Below, in pieces: positions 16,260 to 25,997 of a stretch of 64,000 bases of DNA (its first letter is position 1; each line of letters begins with the position of its first letter). The DNA lies in NCBI GenBank assembly GCA_017531805.1, contig JAFXKG010000006.1, forward strand, positions 21,395 to 85,394, written 5' to 3'. Origin of the DNA: Clostridia bacterium. GTDB lineage: Bacteria; Bacillota; Clostridia; Christensenellales; UBA1242. A program made the translations under genes and the position numbers. A model generated the notes under the pieces. That model saw only the letters and a program-made list of their open reading frames with translations. It had not been told where the DNA came from and did no database searches.

Positions 16260-18956
16260 ATGGGATTATTTTCTTATTTGTTTGCATCAGACAATAAAAG
16301 AAGTTTGATGAAGATAGAAAAAATTGTAAATCAAATTGAAGACAAGGCAGATGTGTATGCTAAAATGACTGACGAAGAATTGCAAGCACAAACTCCAGCT
16401 TTTAAAGAACGCCTTAAAAATGGCGAAAAAATGGATGATATTTTGGTAGAGGCTTTTGCTGTGGTAAGGGAAGCTGCTACTCGTGTTTTAAAACAACGAC
16501 ATTTCCACGTGCAATTGATTGGTGGTGTTGTTTTGCATCAAGGTCGTATTGCAGAAATGCGCACAGGTGAAGGTAAAACATTGACTGCTACAACTGCAGT
16601 TTACCTAAACGCTTTATCAGGCCATAATGTACATGTTATTACTGTCAACGAATATTTGGCATCATCTCAAGCAGAAATCATGGGACGCTTGTACAAGTTT
16701 TTAGGTTTGACAATAGGTGTTACACTTTCTGGACAGTCTCCTGAAGAAAAGAAAAACGCATATCAATGTGATATCGTTTATGGTACAAACAGCGAATTTG
16801 GTTTTGACTATTTGCGTGACAATATGCAAGTTGACAAACAATACAAAGTACAACGCGGTCACCACTTTTGTATTGTCGACGAAGTGGACTCTATTTTGAT
16901 TGACGAAGCAAGAACACCACTTATCATATCTGGTATTGGTGGCAAAACAAGCGAATTGTATGTTGTTGCTGATAAGTTTGTTAAAGGTTTAAAAGAAGAA
17001 GATTTCGATATAGATATCAAACATAAACAAATCCGTTTGACAGAGACAGGTGTTGAAAAGGCAGAAGCATTCTTTAAATTAGATAACTTGTCTGATATCA
17101 CTAATCTTGAAATTAATCACCACATAAACAATGCTTTGCGCGCAAACAAGATTATGGTTCGTGATATAAATTACATTGTAAAAGATAACGAAATTTTGAT
17201 TGTTGATGAGTTTACTGGTCGTGTTATGCAAGGTAGACGCTATTCAGAAGGTTTGCACCAAGCAATTGAAGCTAAAGAACATGTAGATATTAAAGAAGAA
17301 AACAAAACTTTGGCTACTATTACTTTGCAAAACTACTTTAAACTGTATAGCAAACTTAGTGGTATGACTGGTACTGCAAAAACAGAAGAAAGTGAATTTA
17401 ACAAAATTTATAGTTTGGACGTTGTTACTATACCTACAAACAAACCAGTGCAAAGAATAGACGAACAAGATTTGATTTTCTTTACAGAAGATGCAAAATT
17501 TAAAGCGATTGTAGAAGAAATTAAAGAAAAATACGAAAAAGGTCAACCAATTTTGGTAGGTACTGCATCAGTAGAAAAATCAGAGCGTATCAGTAAAGAT
17601 ATCAAACGTTTAGGTATTCCGCACAACCTTTTAAACGCAAAAAATCACGAACTAGAAAGTCAAATCGTCGCTCAATCTGGACGTGTTGGAAGTGTTACTA
17701 TTGCTACAAATATGGCTGGTCGTGGTACAGATATTTTGTTGGGTGGTAATCCGGAATTTTTGGCAAAGCAAAAACTAATCAGTCAAAATGTAGAGCCAGA
17801 AATTATTGATAAAATAACAACATATAACTCAAATCTTTCAGACGAAGAATTGGTTATAAAAGAAAAGTATCAAAAATATTACCAAGAGTTTAAAAAGCAA
17901 ACAGATGAAGAAAAAGAAAAAGTTCTTGCGCTTGGTGGTCTTCATATTTTGGGTACGGAACGCCATGAATCACGACGTATTGACAACCAATTGCGCGGTC
18001 GTGCTGGTCGTCAAGGAGACCCAGGCTCAAGCATCTTCTTTATCTCTTTGGAAGACGAATTGCCACAAAGATTTGGTGAAGATAGGATGAAAAACTGGTT
18101 CTCTATCGCTTTCCGTGGCAATGAAGATATGCCTTTACAATCAAGAATTTTGACTCGTTTCTTTGAAACAGCTCAAAAGAAGGTAGAAGCAATGAACTTT
18201 GGCATAAGAAAAAATGTCCTTGAGTATGATGATGTACTAAATAAACAAAGACAAATTATTTATGCTGAACGCGACAAAACTCTTGATGGGGTAGATATTC
18301 ATCCGCAAATTGTAGAAATGATCAAAGAATATATTTTTGACCAATGTGCTATATATTTGGATGAGACAAAGCCAAGTTATGAATGGAATTTGGAACCATT
18401 AAATAATGCATTAGAAAGTAAGTTGCTAGACAAAGATACAAACCTTGTTACTAAAGAACTTGTAGAAGATATGGGTATCGAGGCAGCATCAACCGTAATT
18501 TACGAAAAGATAATCGAAATTTACAACAAAAAGATTGAAGATGTGCAAAAAATTGGTCTTGATTTCTCGCGTGTTGAGCGTGACACATTGCTTAGAGTGG
18601 TTGATAAGTTCTGGACAGACCATATCGACGCCATGAACACTTTAAGGAACGAAATCACAATTTTGGCATATGGTCAAAAAGATCCAATCGTAGCATACAA
18701 AAACCAAGGTTTTGAAATGTTTGACAATATGATTAGTGAAATAAGAGAATATACAGCATCTGCATTGTTTAGATCAAAAATCAAAATTAATGTTCTCCCT
18801 GCAAAACCAAAAGGACCTGTCGCGATGGGTAATGTAAACAAAATGGAAAACATAGTAGCAAAAAGAAGCGCACATATAGGCAGAAACGATTTATGCTCTT
18901 GTGGAAGTGGCAAAAAATATAAAAACTGTTGCATGCTAAAACAAAACAAAAATTAA
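16260..18956 (+). CDS. secA: preprotein translocase ATPase SecA
   Basis: 898 aa. Contains MRTGEGKTL, DEVDSILIDEARTPLIIS and the C-terminal zinc motif CSCGSGKKYKNCC. Confidence 0.97.
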   Translation: MGLFSYLFASDNKRSLMKIEKIVNQIEDKADVYAKMTDEELQAQTPAFKERLKNGEKMDDILVEAFAVVREAATRVLKQRHFHVQLIGGVVLHQGRIAEMRTGEGKTLTATTAVYLNALSGHNVHVITVNEYLASSQAEIMGRLYKFLGLTIGVTLSGQSPEEKKNAYQCDIVYGTNSEFGFDYLRDNMQVDKQYKVQRGHHFCIVDEVDSILIDEARTPLIISGIGGKTSELYVVADKFVKGLKEEDFDIDIKHKQIRLTETGVEKAEAFFKLDNLSDITNLEINHHINNALRANKIMVRDINYIVKDNEILIVDEFTGRVMQGRRYSEGLHQAIEAKEHVDIKEENKTLATITLQNYFKLYSKLSGMTGTAKTEESEFNKIYSLDVVTIPTNKPVQRIDEQDLIFFTEDAKFKAIVEEIKEKYEKGQPILVGTASVEKSERISKDIKRLGIPHNLLNAKNHELESQIVAQSGRVGSVTIATNMAGRGTDILLGGNPEFLAKQKLISQNVEPEIIDKITTYNSNLSDEELVIKEKYQKYYQEFKKQTDEEKEKVLALGGLHILGTERHESRRIDNQLRGRAGRQGDPGSSIFFISLEDELPQRFGEDRMKNWFSIAFRGNEDMPLQSRILTRFFETAQKKVEAMNFGIRKNVLEYDDVLNKQRQIIYAERDKTLDGVDIHPQIVEMIKEYIFDQCAIYLDETKPSYEWNLEPLNNALESKLLDKDTNLVTKELVEDMGIEAASTVIYEKIIEIYNKKIEDVQKIGLDFSRVERDTLLRVVDKFWTDHIDAMNTLRNEITILAYGQKDPIVAYKNQGFEMFDNMISEIREYTASALFRSKIKINVLPAKPKGPVAMGNVNKMENIVAKRSAHIGRNDLCSCGSGKKYKNCCMLKQNKN

Positions 18957-18978
18957 GGCATAACGCCTTAATTTTTTA
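18953..18978 (+). terminator. intrinsic terminator after secA
   Basis: Stem TTAAGGC (18953-18959) / GCCTTAA (18965-18971) followed by a T6 run. Confidence 0.8.
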
Positions 18979-18989
18979 AACTTGTGATA

Positions 18990-19018
18990 TTGACAATTAG
19001 TTGCTTGTGTGTTAATAT
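18990..19018 (+). promoter_or_regulatory. sigma-70 promoter
   Basis: TTGACA (18990-18995), 17-nt spacer, TAATAT (19013-19018). Confidence 0.5.
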
Positions 19019-19034
19019 TCTAACAGGTAAAAGT

Positions 19035-19334
19035 ATGGGTAAAAAATTCTCAAAAAGTAACAATAAATTACAAATTTTAAGCACTTTTGATAAGCATACA
19101 GCAACCAAGTTAGTTTCTGTGTTAAGCAGTCAAGGGATAAAATCTAACTATTTTTTTAATAATAGTGAATATGTTTTAGAAATTAAATATTATGATTTAA
19201 AGAAAGCTATTGAAATTTTGGCTTATTGCATAACAAAAAAGGATTTTAAAGTATATTGTTGGCTTGCACCATATTGGCAACAATATGCTCCAGAGTTTTG
19301 GCAAAAACGCAATGAAGACATTAACGAGGTTTAA
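19035..19334 (+). CDS. hypothetical protein (99 aa)
   Basis: Start moved to the ATG at 19035 because the promoter lies within the track's N-terminal extension. A terminator follows at 19336-19366. No family recognised. Confidence 0.4.
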   Translation: MGKKFSKSNNKLQILSTFDKHTATKLVSVLSSQGIKSNYFFNNSEYVLEIKYYDLKKAIEILAYCITKKDFKVYCWLAPYWQQYAPEFWQKRNEDINEV

Positions 19335-19451
19335 AATTATCCACTTTGTTGTGGATATTTTTTATTTAAAATCAACCACACTTTTCAAGTAGATATCTTT
19401 ACATTTTATGCAAAATAACATATAATTTTATTATAGGAACATAATAAATCT

Positions 19452-20282
19452 ATGGGAATAAAAAATTTTTTTGATTTAAGAAAAATAAAAAAATTTAGGA
19501 AAAAGCACAAAATTGGATTATGTCTTAGCGGTGGTGGTGCGCGTGGTTTTTCGTATATTGGTGTTTTTAAAGCCTTAGAAGAAAACGGTATAAAATTTGA
19601 TATGGTTGCAGGTACCAGTGTGGGTAGTTTGTTTGGTGCGCTTTATGCGTCTGGTATGACAGTTGAAGAAATGGCTGAGAAAGCAAAAAATATAAAAAAT
19701 AAGGATTTCAGAAACTCAAAACTTGGTTTTTTGCCATCAAAAATGGATAGATTGTCTGAAACTCTAGATAATGTATTGCCTGCTAAAAAGATAGAAGATT
19801 TGCAAATGCCATATTATGCAGTTGCAGTAGATTTAAGAACTGGTAAAGAAATACATTTTAATGAAGGTAATTTAACATCTATTATAACAGGTAGTTGTGC
19901 AATACCAGGTGTATTTGTGCCAGTAAAGTATAAAAATATGCTGTTGGTTGATGGTGGTGTGTCTAACAATATTCCAGCAGATGTTTTAAAGTCTAATGGT
20001 TGTGATTATGTTGTGACCATAGATTGTAATTGCACTCGCGGTGGTGGAACAAATAGTAATAGTTTAATAACTCAGTTTTTTACCAGCGTCGGCATAATGA
20101 TGGTAAACAACTCTAAAAAAGGTCATAAATGCAGTGATGTCCTTGTGTGTCCTGATATGAAAAGATTTAATTCTTTAAAGATTATTGATAAAGAAGAAAT
20201 GATAAAAGAAGGATATAAAGCAACTATGGAAAAGATGCCTGAAATTAAAAAATTGTTTGCAGGTAAAATTGATAAAAAATAA
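19452..20282 (+). CDS. patatin-like phospholipase
   Basis: Oxyanion GGGARG, nucleophile GTSVGS (GxSxG) and catalytic DGG (LLVDGGVSNNIP). Confidence 0.85.
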   Translation: MGIKNFFDLRKIKKFRKKHKIGLCLSGGGARGFSYIGVFKALEENGIKFDMVAGTSVGSLFGALYASGMTVEEMAEKAKNIKNKDFRNSKLGFLPSKMDRLSETLDNVLPAKKIEDLQMPYYAVAVDLRTGKEIHFNEGNLTSIITGSCAIPGVFVPVKYKNMLLVDGGVSNNIPADVLKSNGCDYVVTIDCNCTRGGGTNSNSLITQFFTSVGIMMVNNSKKGHKCSDVLVCPDMKRFNSLKIIDKEEMIKEGYKATMEKMPEIKKLFAGKIDKK

Positions 20283-21316
20283 TGACAAAACAACAAAAGA
20301 TAAAAAATTTAATTATTTCTTTAATATTTATAATGATTTTTTCATTATTTGGTGTTTTTTATGCAAATATTAATTTAAAAATAAATAATTCGTTAGCAAA
20401 TAATTTTAATTTTGTTAGTGTTAAAAATTCTTTGATGGTTCATTTTGTTTCGGTTGGACAAGGCGATGCTGTTGCAATAAACTTGCCAGATGATAAAATT
20501 ATGCTTATAGATTGTGGACCAGAAAGTTGTAACACAAATTATACACAATATTTGCAAGATACGGTTTTAAACACAAAAAGGGATAAAGTTATTGATTATC
20601 TTGTTTTAACTCACTCAGACTTAGATCATATCGGTGGAGCATTAAGACTGTTACAAAATTTTGCTGTTAAAACTATCTTTATGCCAGTAATGGTAGAAGA
20701 AACAGATTTTTATCTAGAGTTTAAAAGTATAGTTGATGCTAAAAATTATAATCAAATACAAATCGAAAATGGTTTAAACTTATCTACAAATAATTACAAG
20801 ATAGATTTTTATGTTTCAGATTTAGCAACAGAAGAAAATGATTTGTGTCCAATAATAAAATTAAATTATTTAAATAAAACTTTTTTGTTTACGGGTGATA
20901 TAAGTTCAGCAGTAGAAACTGAGATGGTTAACAAAATAGGCAATACTCTTGATTGTGATGTTTTGAAAGTGGCGCATCATGGCAGTAAATACTCTACAAG
21001 CATGGACTTTTTGACCCATACAACGCCACAATTCGCAGTTATTTCTTGTGGACAAAATAGTTACGGTCACCCAACTGCAGAGGTTGTCAATAATTTACAA
21101 TCGTGTGGTGCAAATATTTTGCGTACTGATATAAGTGGAAATATTGCATTTGTTGTTAACAATCAACTTAACTTAAAAGTTTTAAGCGGAAGTATAAAAA
21201 CGACAGGCATGTATTTGGATATCAGAATTTTAATTGTTGTGCTTGATTGTGTTATTTTAATAAACGGAATCACACTCTTTTTAAGAAAAAGCAAGAAGAA
21301 AAAACATGCAAGATAA
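20282..21316 (+). CDS. ComEC/Rec2-related metallo-beta-lactamase-fold membrane protein (MBL domain only)
   Basis: TAATG overlap with the patatin gene. Contains VHFVSVGQGDA, LVLTHSDLDHIGG and LKVAHHGSKYS. TM helices at both ends. Confidence 0.8.
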   Translation: MTKQQKIKNLIISLIFIMIFSLFGVFYANINLKINNSLANNFNFVSVKNSLMVHFVSVGQGDAVAINLPDDKIMLIDCGPESCNTNYTQYLQDTVLNTKRDKVIDYLVLTHSDLDHIGGALRLLQNFAVKTIFMPVMVEETDFYLEFKSIVDAKNYNQIQIENGLNLSTNNYKIDFYVSDLATEENDLCPIIKLNYLNKTFLFTGDISSAVETEMVNKIGNTLDCDVLKVAHHGSKYSTSMDFLTHTTPQFAVISCGQNSYGHPTAEVVNNLQSCGANILRTDISGNIAFVVNNQLNLKVLSGSIKTTGMYLDIRILIVVLDCVILINGITLFLRKSKKKKHAR

Positions 21317-21373
21317 ATTTGCTTGAAATCTTTTTTGTATTTTGATAAAATAATAAAAACTATGGGAGGGTTT

Positions 21374-21790
21374 ATGAGTAATATAACCATAGTTGGCTTG
21401 GATTATGAAAATGTAAAAATTTTTGCAAACAAGCTTGCTGAAAAAATGAATTATCAATATATAGATGCGGTAGAAGTTTTTGATTTGTATTTGGTTAAAA
21501 GTGCACAACTTCCGCTGCAATTTGCAGACGAATTGTTGCAAAAAAAAGAGGCGGAGATTTTAAAAAATCTATCAGTAAAAAATGATGTAATAATTAGTAT
21601 CAGTGCAGATATGTTTTTATCTAATCAAAATTATTTAATATTAAATAATAACTGTAAAATATTAATTAATAAAGAAAATTTAAATAATATCGATAAAAAT
21701 ATAGAAAAATTAATAAAAAATCATTGTAATTTTGAATTTAATCAAAAAAATTTAAATTATTTAGACATAATAAATAAAATAAGGGGTTAA
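21374..21790 (+). CDS. shikimate-kinase-like small protein with degenerate P-loop
   Basis: GGGAGGG RBS. ITIVGLDYENVKIFANKLAEKMNYQYIDAVE aligns by eye with shikimate kinase I.LIG.MG.GKST.G..LA..L...F.D.D, but GxxGxGKS is replaced by GLDYENVK. Confidence 0.3.
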   Translation: MSNITIVGLDYENVKIFANKLAEKMNYQYIDAVEVFDLYLVKSAQLPLQFADELLQKKEAEILKNLSVKNDVIISISADMFLSNQNYLILNNNCKILINKENLNNIDKNIEKLIKNHCNFEFNQKNLNYLDIINKIRG

Positions 21791-21793
21791 TTT

Positions 21794-23689
21794 ATGTTGG
21801 ATAAAATGGTATCAAGAGAATTAAAAATTTTGGCACTAGAAACAATCAACAATGCTGGCAGTGGACATTCTGGTTCGGTGCTTTCTTGTGGGGATATTTT
21901 GTATACATTGTATACTAGGCATTTGCTTTCAAACGGCACAAAGTCTATGAACAGAGACAGGTTTGTTTTAAGCAATGGGCATGCTTGTGCCGGATTATAT
22001 TCTATACTTGCTGGATTGCAATATTTTGATATAGAAGAACTAAAGTTGTTTAGGAAATATAACGGAAGGCTTACTGGACATCCAGAAATTGATGTGCCTG
22101 GTATTGATGCTGCAACAGGACCGCTTGGCCAGGGTGTTGCAAATGCTGTTGGTATGGCTATAGCAGAAAGCATTATGAGTCAAAGATTTAATTTAAATCA
22201 TCACACTTATTGCATGGTTGGAGATGGTTGTTTACAAGAAGGTGTTGCAATGGAAGCCTTGTCTATTGCAGGATTATATAAGTTAAACAAATTTATATTA
22301 TTATATGATAAAAACGATGTTACACTTGATGGAAAATTGTCTGATTCTAGTTCCGACAACATGGTAAGAAAATTTATTGCAATGAATTTTAATGTGATTG
22401 AGTGTAATGGTCATAATATCCGCATGATTGATGAAGCGATTGCACGAGCAAAACAATCTAAAGATAAACCAAGCGTTATTATTTTCCATACAATAATTGG
22501 CAAAGATACTGACATTGCAGGCAGCAACAAAAGTCATGGCAAAGTTTATTCAGCACAAGAGATTGATAAACTAAGAAAATACTATAAAATCAACTCACCT
22601 GTTATGGGGTTATCCGAACAAGCAAAAGAAAGATTGTTATCATTGCGTGCAAAAATTACACAAAAATTTGAAGAAAGAGTACAAAATTTTAATAATTTTA
22701 TAAAAAATGATGAAAAAATTGAAAAATTATATTTAAAATTTATAAATAATGATTTTAAATTTAAAATAAGAAGCAACAAAAAGGATATGTCAACAAGGGA
22801 AGCAAACAATATCGTTTTAAATGATATTGCAAAAACACAAGAAAACTTGTTGGTGTTATCTGCAGACTTATCAAGCAGTACAAAAGTAAAAATAAACGAT
22901 AGTAACAACTATTCCGCAAAAAACAGACTGGGTAAAAATATAGCTGTAGGCATAAGAGAACATGCCATGGGTGCTATTGCCAATGGTATTGCATTGCATG
23001 GTGGTTTTGTTGTAACTTGTTCTACTTTCTTAACATTTAGCAATTATATGATGCCAGCTATTCGTATGGCAGGGATTATGAATTTGCCTGTATTGTTTGC
23101 TTTCAGTCACTCAAGTGTTTATGAAACACCAGACGGTGTTACTCATATCCCTGTTGAGCAACTTGACCAGTTGAGAATAATTCCTAATATGACTGTTGTT
23201 CGCCCATGCTGTTTAAATGAGTGTGCAGCGGCATATGAAACGTTTTTTAAACGCAAACGACCTATGTGCTTAAGTTTATCGCGCGGAGATTTGCCAGGAT
23301 ATCCTATATATGAAAATATGGACAAAGGTGCATATTTAATGACAAATAACAAAGCAGAAATAAATATTATGGCAAGTGGTAGTGAAGTTTCAATAGCAAT
23401 GCAAGTTAAAGACATCTTGAAAGGTAAATTAATTGCAAATGTAATCAGTGTACCAAGCCTTGAAATTTTTGATGAACAAACAAAAGCGTATAAGAACAAA
23501 ATACTTAATAAACCTATTTTTGTCATAGAAAGTAGCACTTGTGTTAAATATTTAAAATATACAACAGAAGATAAAATATTTAATGTTTGTGATTTTGGTG
23601 TTTCTGGTGACGAAATCAACCTAAAAAAGCATTTTGGCTACGATGCAAATATTATTGCAGAAAAGATTTTAAAGATAATTAAAAAATAA
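21794..23689 (+). CDS. tkt: transketolase
   Basis: 631 aa. Contains SGHSGSVLS, GHPE, the ThDP-binding GDGCLQEGV and the C-terminal pyrimidine-binding/TKC regions. Confidence 0.93.
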   Translation: MLDKMVSRELKILALETINNAGSGHSGSVLSCGDILYTLYTRHLLSNGTKSMNRDRFVLSNGHACAGLYSILAGLQYFDIEELKLFRKYNGRLTGHPEIDVPGIDAATGPLGQGVANAVGMAIAESIMSQRFNLNHHTYCMVGDGCLQEGVAMEALSIAGLYKLNKFILLYDKNDVTLDGKLSDSSSDNMVRKFIAMNFNVIECNGHNIRMIDEAIARAKQSKDKPSVIIFHTIIGKDTDIAGSNKSHGKVYSAQEIDKLRKYYKINSPVMGLSEQAKERLLSLRAKITQKFEERVQNFNNFIKNDEKIEKLYLKFINNDFKFKIRSNKKDMSTREANNIVLNDIAKTQENLLVLSADLSSSTKVKINDSNNYSAKNRLGKNIAVGIREHAMGAIANGIALHGGFVVTCSTFLTFSNYMMPAIRMAGIMNLPVLFAFSHSSVYETPDGVTHIPVEQLDQLRIIPNMTVVRPCCLNECAAAYETFFKRKRPMCLSLSRGDLPGYPIYENMDKGAYLMTNNKAEINIMASGSEVSIAMQVKDILKGKLIANVISVPSLEIFDEQTKAYKNKILNKPIFVIESSTCVKYLKYTTEDKIFNVCDFGVSGDEINLKKHFGYDANIIAEKILKIIKK

Positions 23690-23921
23690 ATTAAAAAAAT
23701 TTAAATATTTGCGAATAATATATCAAATTCTTCACATGATATTAATGTAAGGTTTATCCTTACAGCTTAGAGAGACAGTTCTATGCTCTAAAAAAATTGT
23801 GTTATTTGTTTATTAACACTCAAATTGATTTAATAATTTTATTTGTTAATCCAACTTGAATTTTGTTTTTAAACTTAGATGATACACAGTTTCGAGTGTA
23901 AACAACGTCTCTCTTTTTTTT

Positions 23922-23958
23922 ACAAAAAAAGGAACGATATAAATTCGTTCCTTTTTGT
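23922..23958. terminator. bidirectional intrinsic terminator (serves rpsI)
   Basis: Stem GGAACGA (23931-23937) / TCGTTCC (23945-23951), with an A7 run before and a T5 run after. Confidence 0.8.
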
Positions 23959-23968
23959 AAATGTAATA

Positions 23969-24439
23969 TTAACGTTTGCTGAATTGTGGAGCACGACGAG
24001 CTTTCTTAAGACCGTATTTTTTACGTTCTTTCTTTCGAGCATCACGAGTTACAAAACCAGCTTTTTTAAGTTCTGGACGAAGTTCAGGTCTGAATTCGAT
24101 CAAAGCTCTTGTGATACCATGACGAATTGCGCCTGCTTGACCAGCTTTGCCACCACCATAAATGTTTACAACAACATCAACACTGTTTAATGTTTCTGTC
24201 AAAACCAATGGTTGGCGAACGATTGTCTTTAATGTTTCAAGATCAAAATATTCATCAATATTTTTATCGTTGATTGTGATGTTACCACTACCAGTAGTGA
24301 TACGAACTCTTGCTACTGAGCATTTTCTTCTGCCTGTGCCTAAAAATTCTTGAGCTTTAGATTTAGCTTTAGTAGTTTTAGTTGTTTTCTTTTCAGCAGT
24401 CTTTTTAACTGTTTTCTTTTCTACAATTTCTTCAGCCAT
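23969..24439 (-). CDS. rpsI: 30S ribosomal protein S9 with a ~30-aa Lys/Thr-rich N-terminal extension
   Basis: [14 protein letters not shown] ... the C-terminal [22 protein letters not shown] overlap with rplM. Confidence 0.95.
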   Translation of the reverse strand: MAEEIVEKKTVKKTAEKKTTKTTKAKSKAQEFLGTGRRKCSVARVRITTGSGNITINDKNIDEYFDLETLKTIVRQPLVLTETLNSVDVVVNIYGGGKAGQAGAIRHGITRALIEFRPELRPELKKAGFVTRDARKKERKKYGLKKARRAPQFSKR

Positions 24440-24876
24440 TAGATTTTACCTCCGTTCCAAACTTCTGGTTTTTGAGCTTGATTGTTGTGTTCAGCACCTT
24501 TGTAGATGTGGCAGTGGTTAGCCATTGTTCTACCAAGAGTGTTTTTTGGCAACATACCTTTGATTGCTCTCATAAGAGCAACATCGCTTTGTTCAGCCAT
24601 CATTTTCTTATATTGAATAAGTTTTAAACCTGATGTGTAACCAGAATAACGTTTGAAGTATTTTTGTTCTTCTTTTTTACCTGTTAAGATAAGTTTGTCA
24701 CTATTTAAAATAATAACATAGTCACCACAGTCTACATTTGGTGTGAAAGTGGCTTTGTGTTTGCCACGAAGAAGCATAGCAGCTTCAGCAGCAACACGAC
24801 CTAAAGCCTTACCTTCAGCATCGATAATGTACCATTTCTTTTCAACTGTGGAGTTATTAAGCATTAATGTTTTCAT
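24439..24876 (-). CDS. rplM: 50S ribosomal protein L13
   Basis: 145 aa. [29 protein letters not shown] is typical of L13. Confidence 0.95.
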   Translation of the reverse strand: MKTLMLNNSTVEKKWYIIDAEGKALGRVAAEAAMLLRGKHKATFTPNVDCGDYVIILNSDKLILTGKKEEQKYFKRYSGYTSGLKLIQYKKMMAEQSDVALMRAIKGMLPKNTLGRTMANHCHIYKGAEHNNQAQKPEVWNGGKI

Positions 24877-24990
24877 TATATAATATCTCCTTTAAAAATT
24901 GTTAAGCCTTATTTCGCGTTCGGCTTAAATGCTAAAGGCAACTATCCCGTGTGGCAGGAAAAATCGCCCCTTAGCGAGCAATACGAATAA
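24877..24990 (-). promoter_or_regulatory. structured ~115-nt 5' leader of rplM-rpsI (candidate ribosomal-protein leader)
   Basis: It lies between the TATAAT and the AAGGAG RBS. It contains the hairpin TTAAGCC..GGCTTAA and other pairings. I could not match it to a consensus from memory. Confidence 0.3.
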
Positions 24991-25019
24991 ATTATAGTAA
25001 AAAACAAACAAATTGTCAA
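24991..25019 (-). promoter_or_regulatory. sigma-70 promoter of rplM-rpsI
   Basis: On the minus strand: TTGACA (25019-25014), 17-nt spacer, TATAAT (24996-24991). Confidence 0.6.
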
Positions 25020-25165
25020 CACTTTTTTTAAATTTTATTTAAAATAACCGCACCCGTGTGTAAAGTATGGTTGTTGGTATAGTATTATTGTTAATTTTTT
25101 GTTATATATGTTGCTATGAAATAAAAAAAACAAGGCTGATTTGTCTTGTTTTTGTTTTAAAAATA

Positions 25166-25882
25166 TTAATATTCCACATTATAAAGATATAAATTTTCTG
25201 GTGGGGCTGTAAATTTGCATTTGTAGGTTGTAAAAAGTGTGTTTTTAAGTTCTTTTAAGTTGAGTTTACCTTCACCAACTTTTAGCATGGTTCCAACAAT
25301 GTTACGCACCATTTTATATAAAAAGCCATTGCCTTTGATGTAAAAATTTAGATAGTTGTTTTCTTTTTTAAGATTTGCTTTGTAGATTGTGCGTATAGTG
25401 GTTTCAGTTTCACTCCCGCTTGCTTGAAAACCTTTAAAATCGTGTGTACCAACAATAAGATGTAAAAACTTTTTCATTGCTTTAAAATTTAAATTTGGAT
25501 TTAAATGTAGGGCGTCACATTGTAAAGGTAATTCTATATTAGAAGTATACATTTTGTAAACATAAGTTTTGTTTTTTGCATCAAAGCGCGCATGTATTGG
25601 GGATATTTTGATGTCTAGCACACGAATATCTTTTGGTAAAATTCCGTTCATTGAATGCAAAAACTTTTTAAAATCAATTTTCTTTTCTGTTTCAAAATGT
25701 ACTGGTTGATTAAAAGCCGAAACTTTTGCGTCTGTCCTTCCACTGCCTGTGGTTAAAACATCTTCTTTAAGTATTGTTTTAAGTGCCATTTCAAGATTAT
25801 CTTGAATAGTATTTTTATTTGGTTGTTTTTGAAAACCATTATAACTAAGTCCGTTGTATTGGACACGCATTAAATATCTCAT
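25166..25882 (-). CDS. truA: tRNA pseudouridine(38-40) synthase TruA
   Basis: GSGRTDAKVSA carries the catalytic Asp motif, and GNGFLYKMVRNIVG is also present. Confidence 0.9.
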   Translation of the reverse strand: MRYLMRVQYNGLSYNGFQKQPNKNTIQDNLEMALKTILKEDVLTTGSGRTDAKVSAFNQPVHFETEKKIDFKKFLHSMNGILPKDIRVLDIKISPIHARFDAKNKTYVYKMYTSNIELPLQCDALHLNPNLNFKAMKKFLHLIVGTHDFKGFQASGSETETTIRTIYKANLKKENNYLNFYIKGNGFLYKMVRNIVGTMLKVGEGKLNLKELKNTLFTTYKCKFTAPPENLYLYNVEY

Positions 25883-25997
25883 AATAATATTCTACCATAA
25901 AATATATTAAAAGTAAAGTTTAAATTTATTTGCACTTTATTTTTCAAAATGATAAACTAAATTTAATAAATATAGTTTCTTTTACAAAAGGGGTAAT

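Noticed and set aside
23690-23921. Possible small RNA in the 280-nt convergent gap between tkt and rpsI.
   Set aside because: I see only weak hairpins, no promoter-plus-terminator pair and no recognisable motif. The evidence is insufficient.
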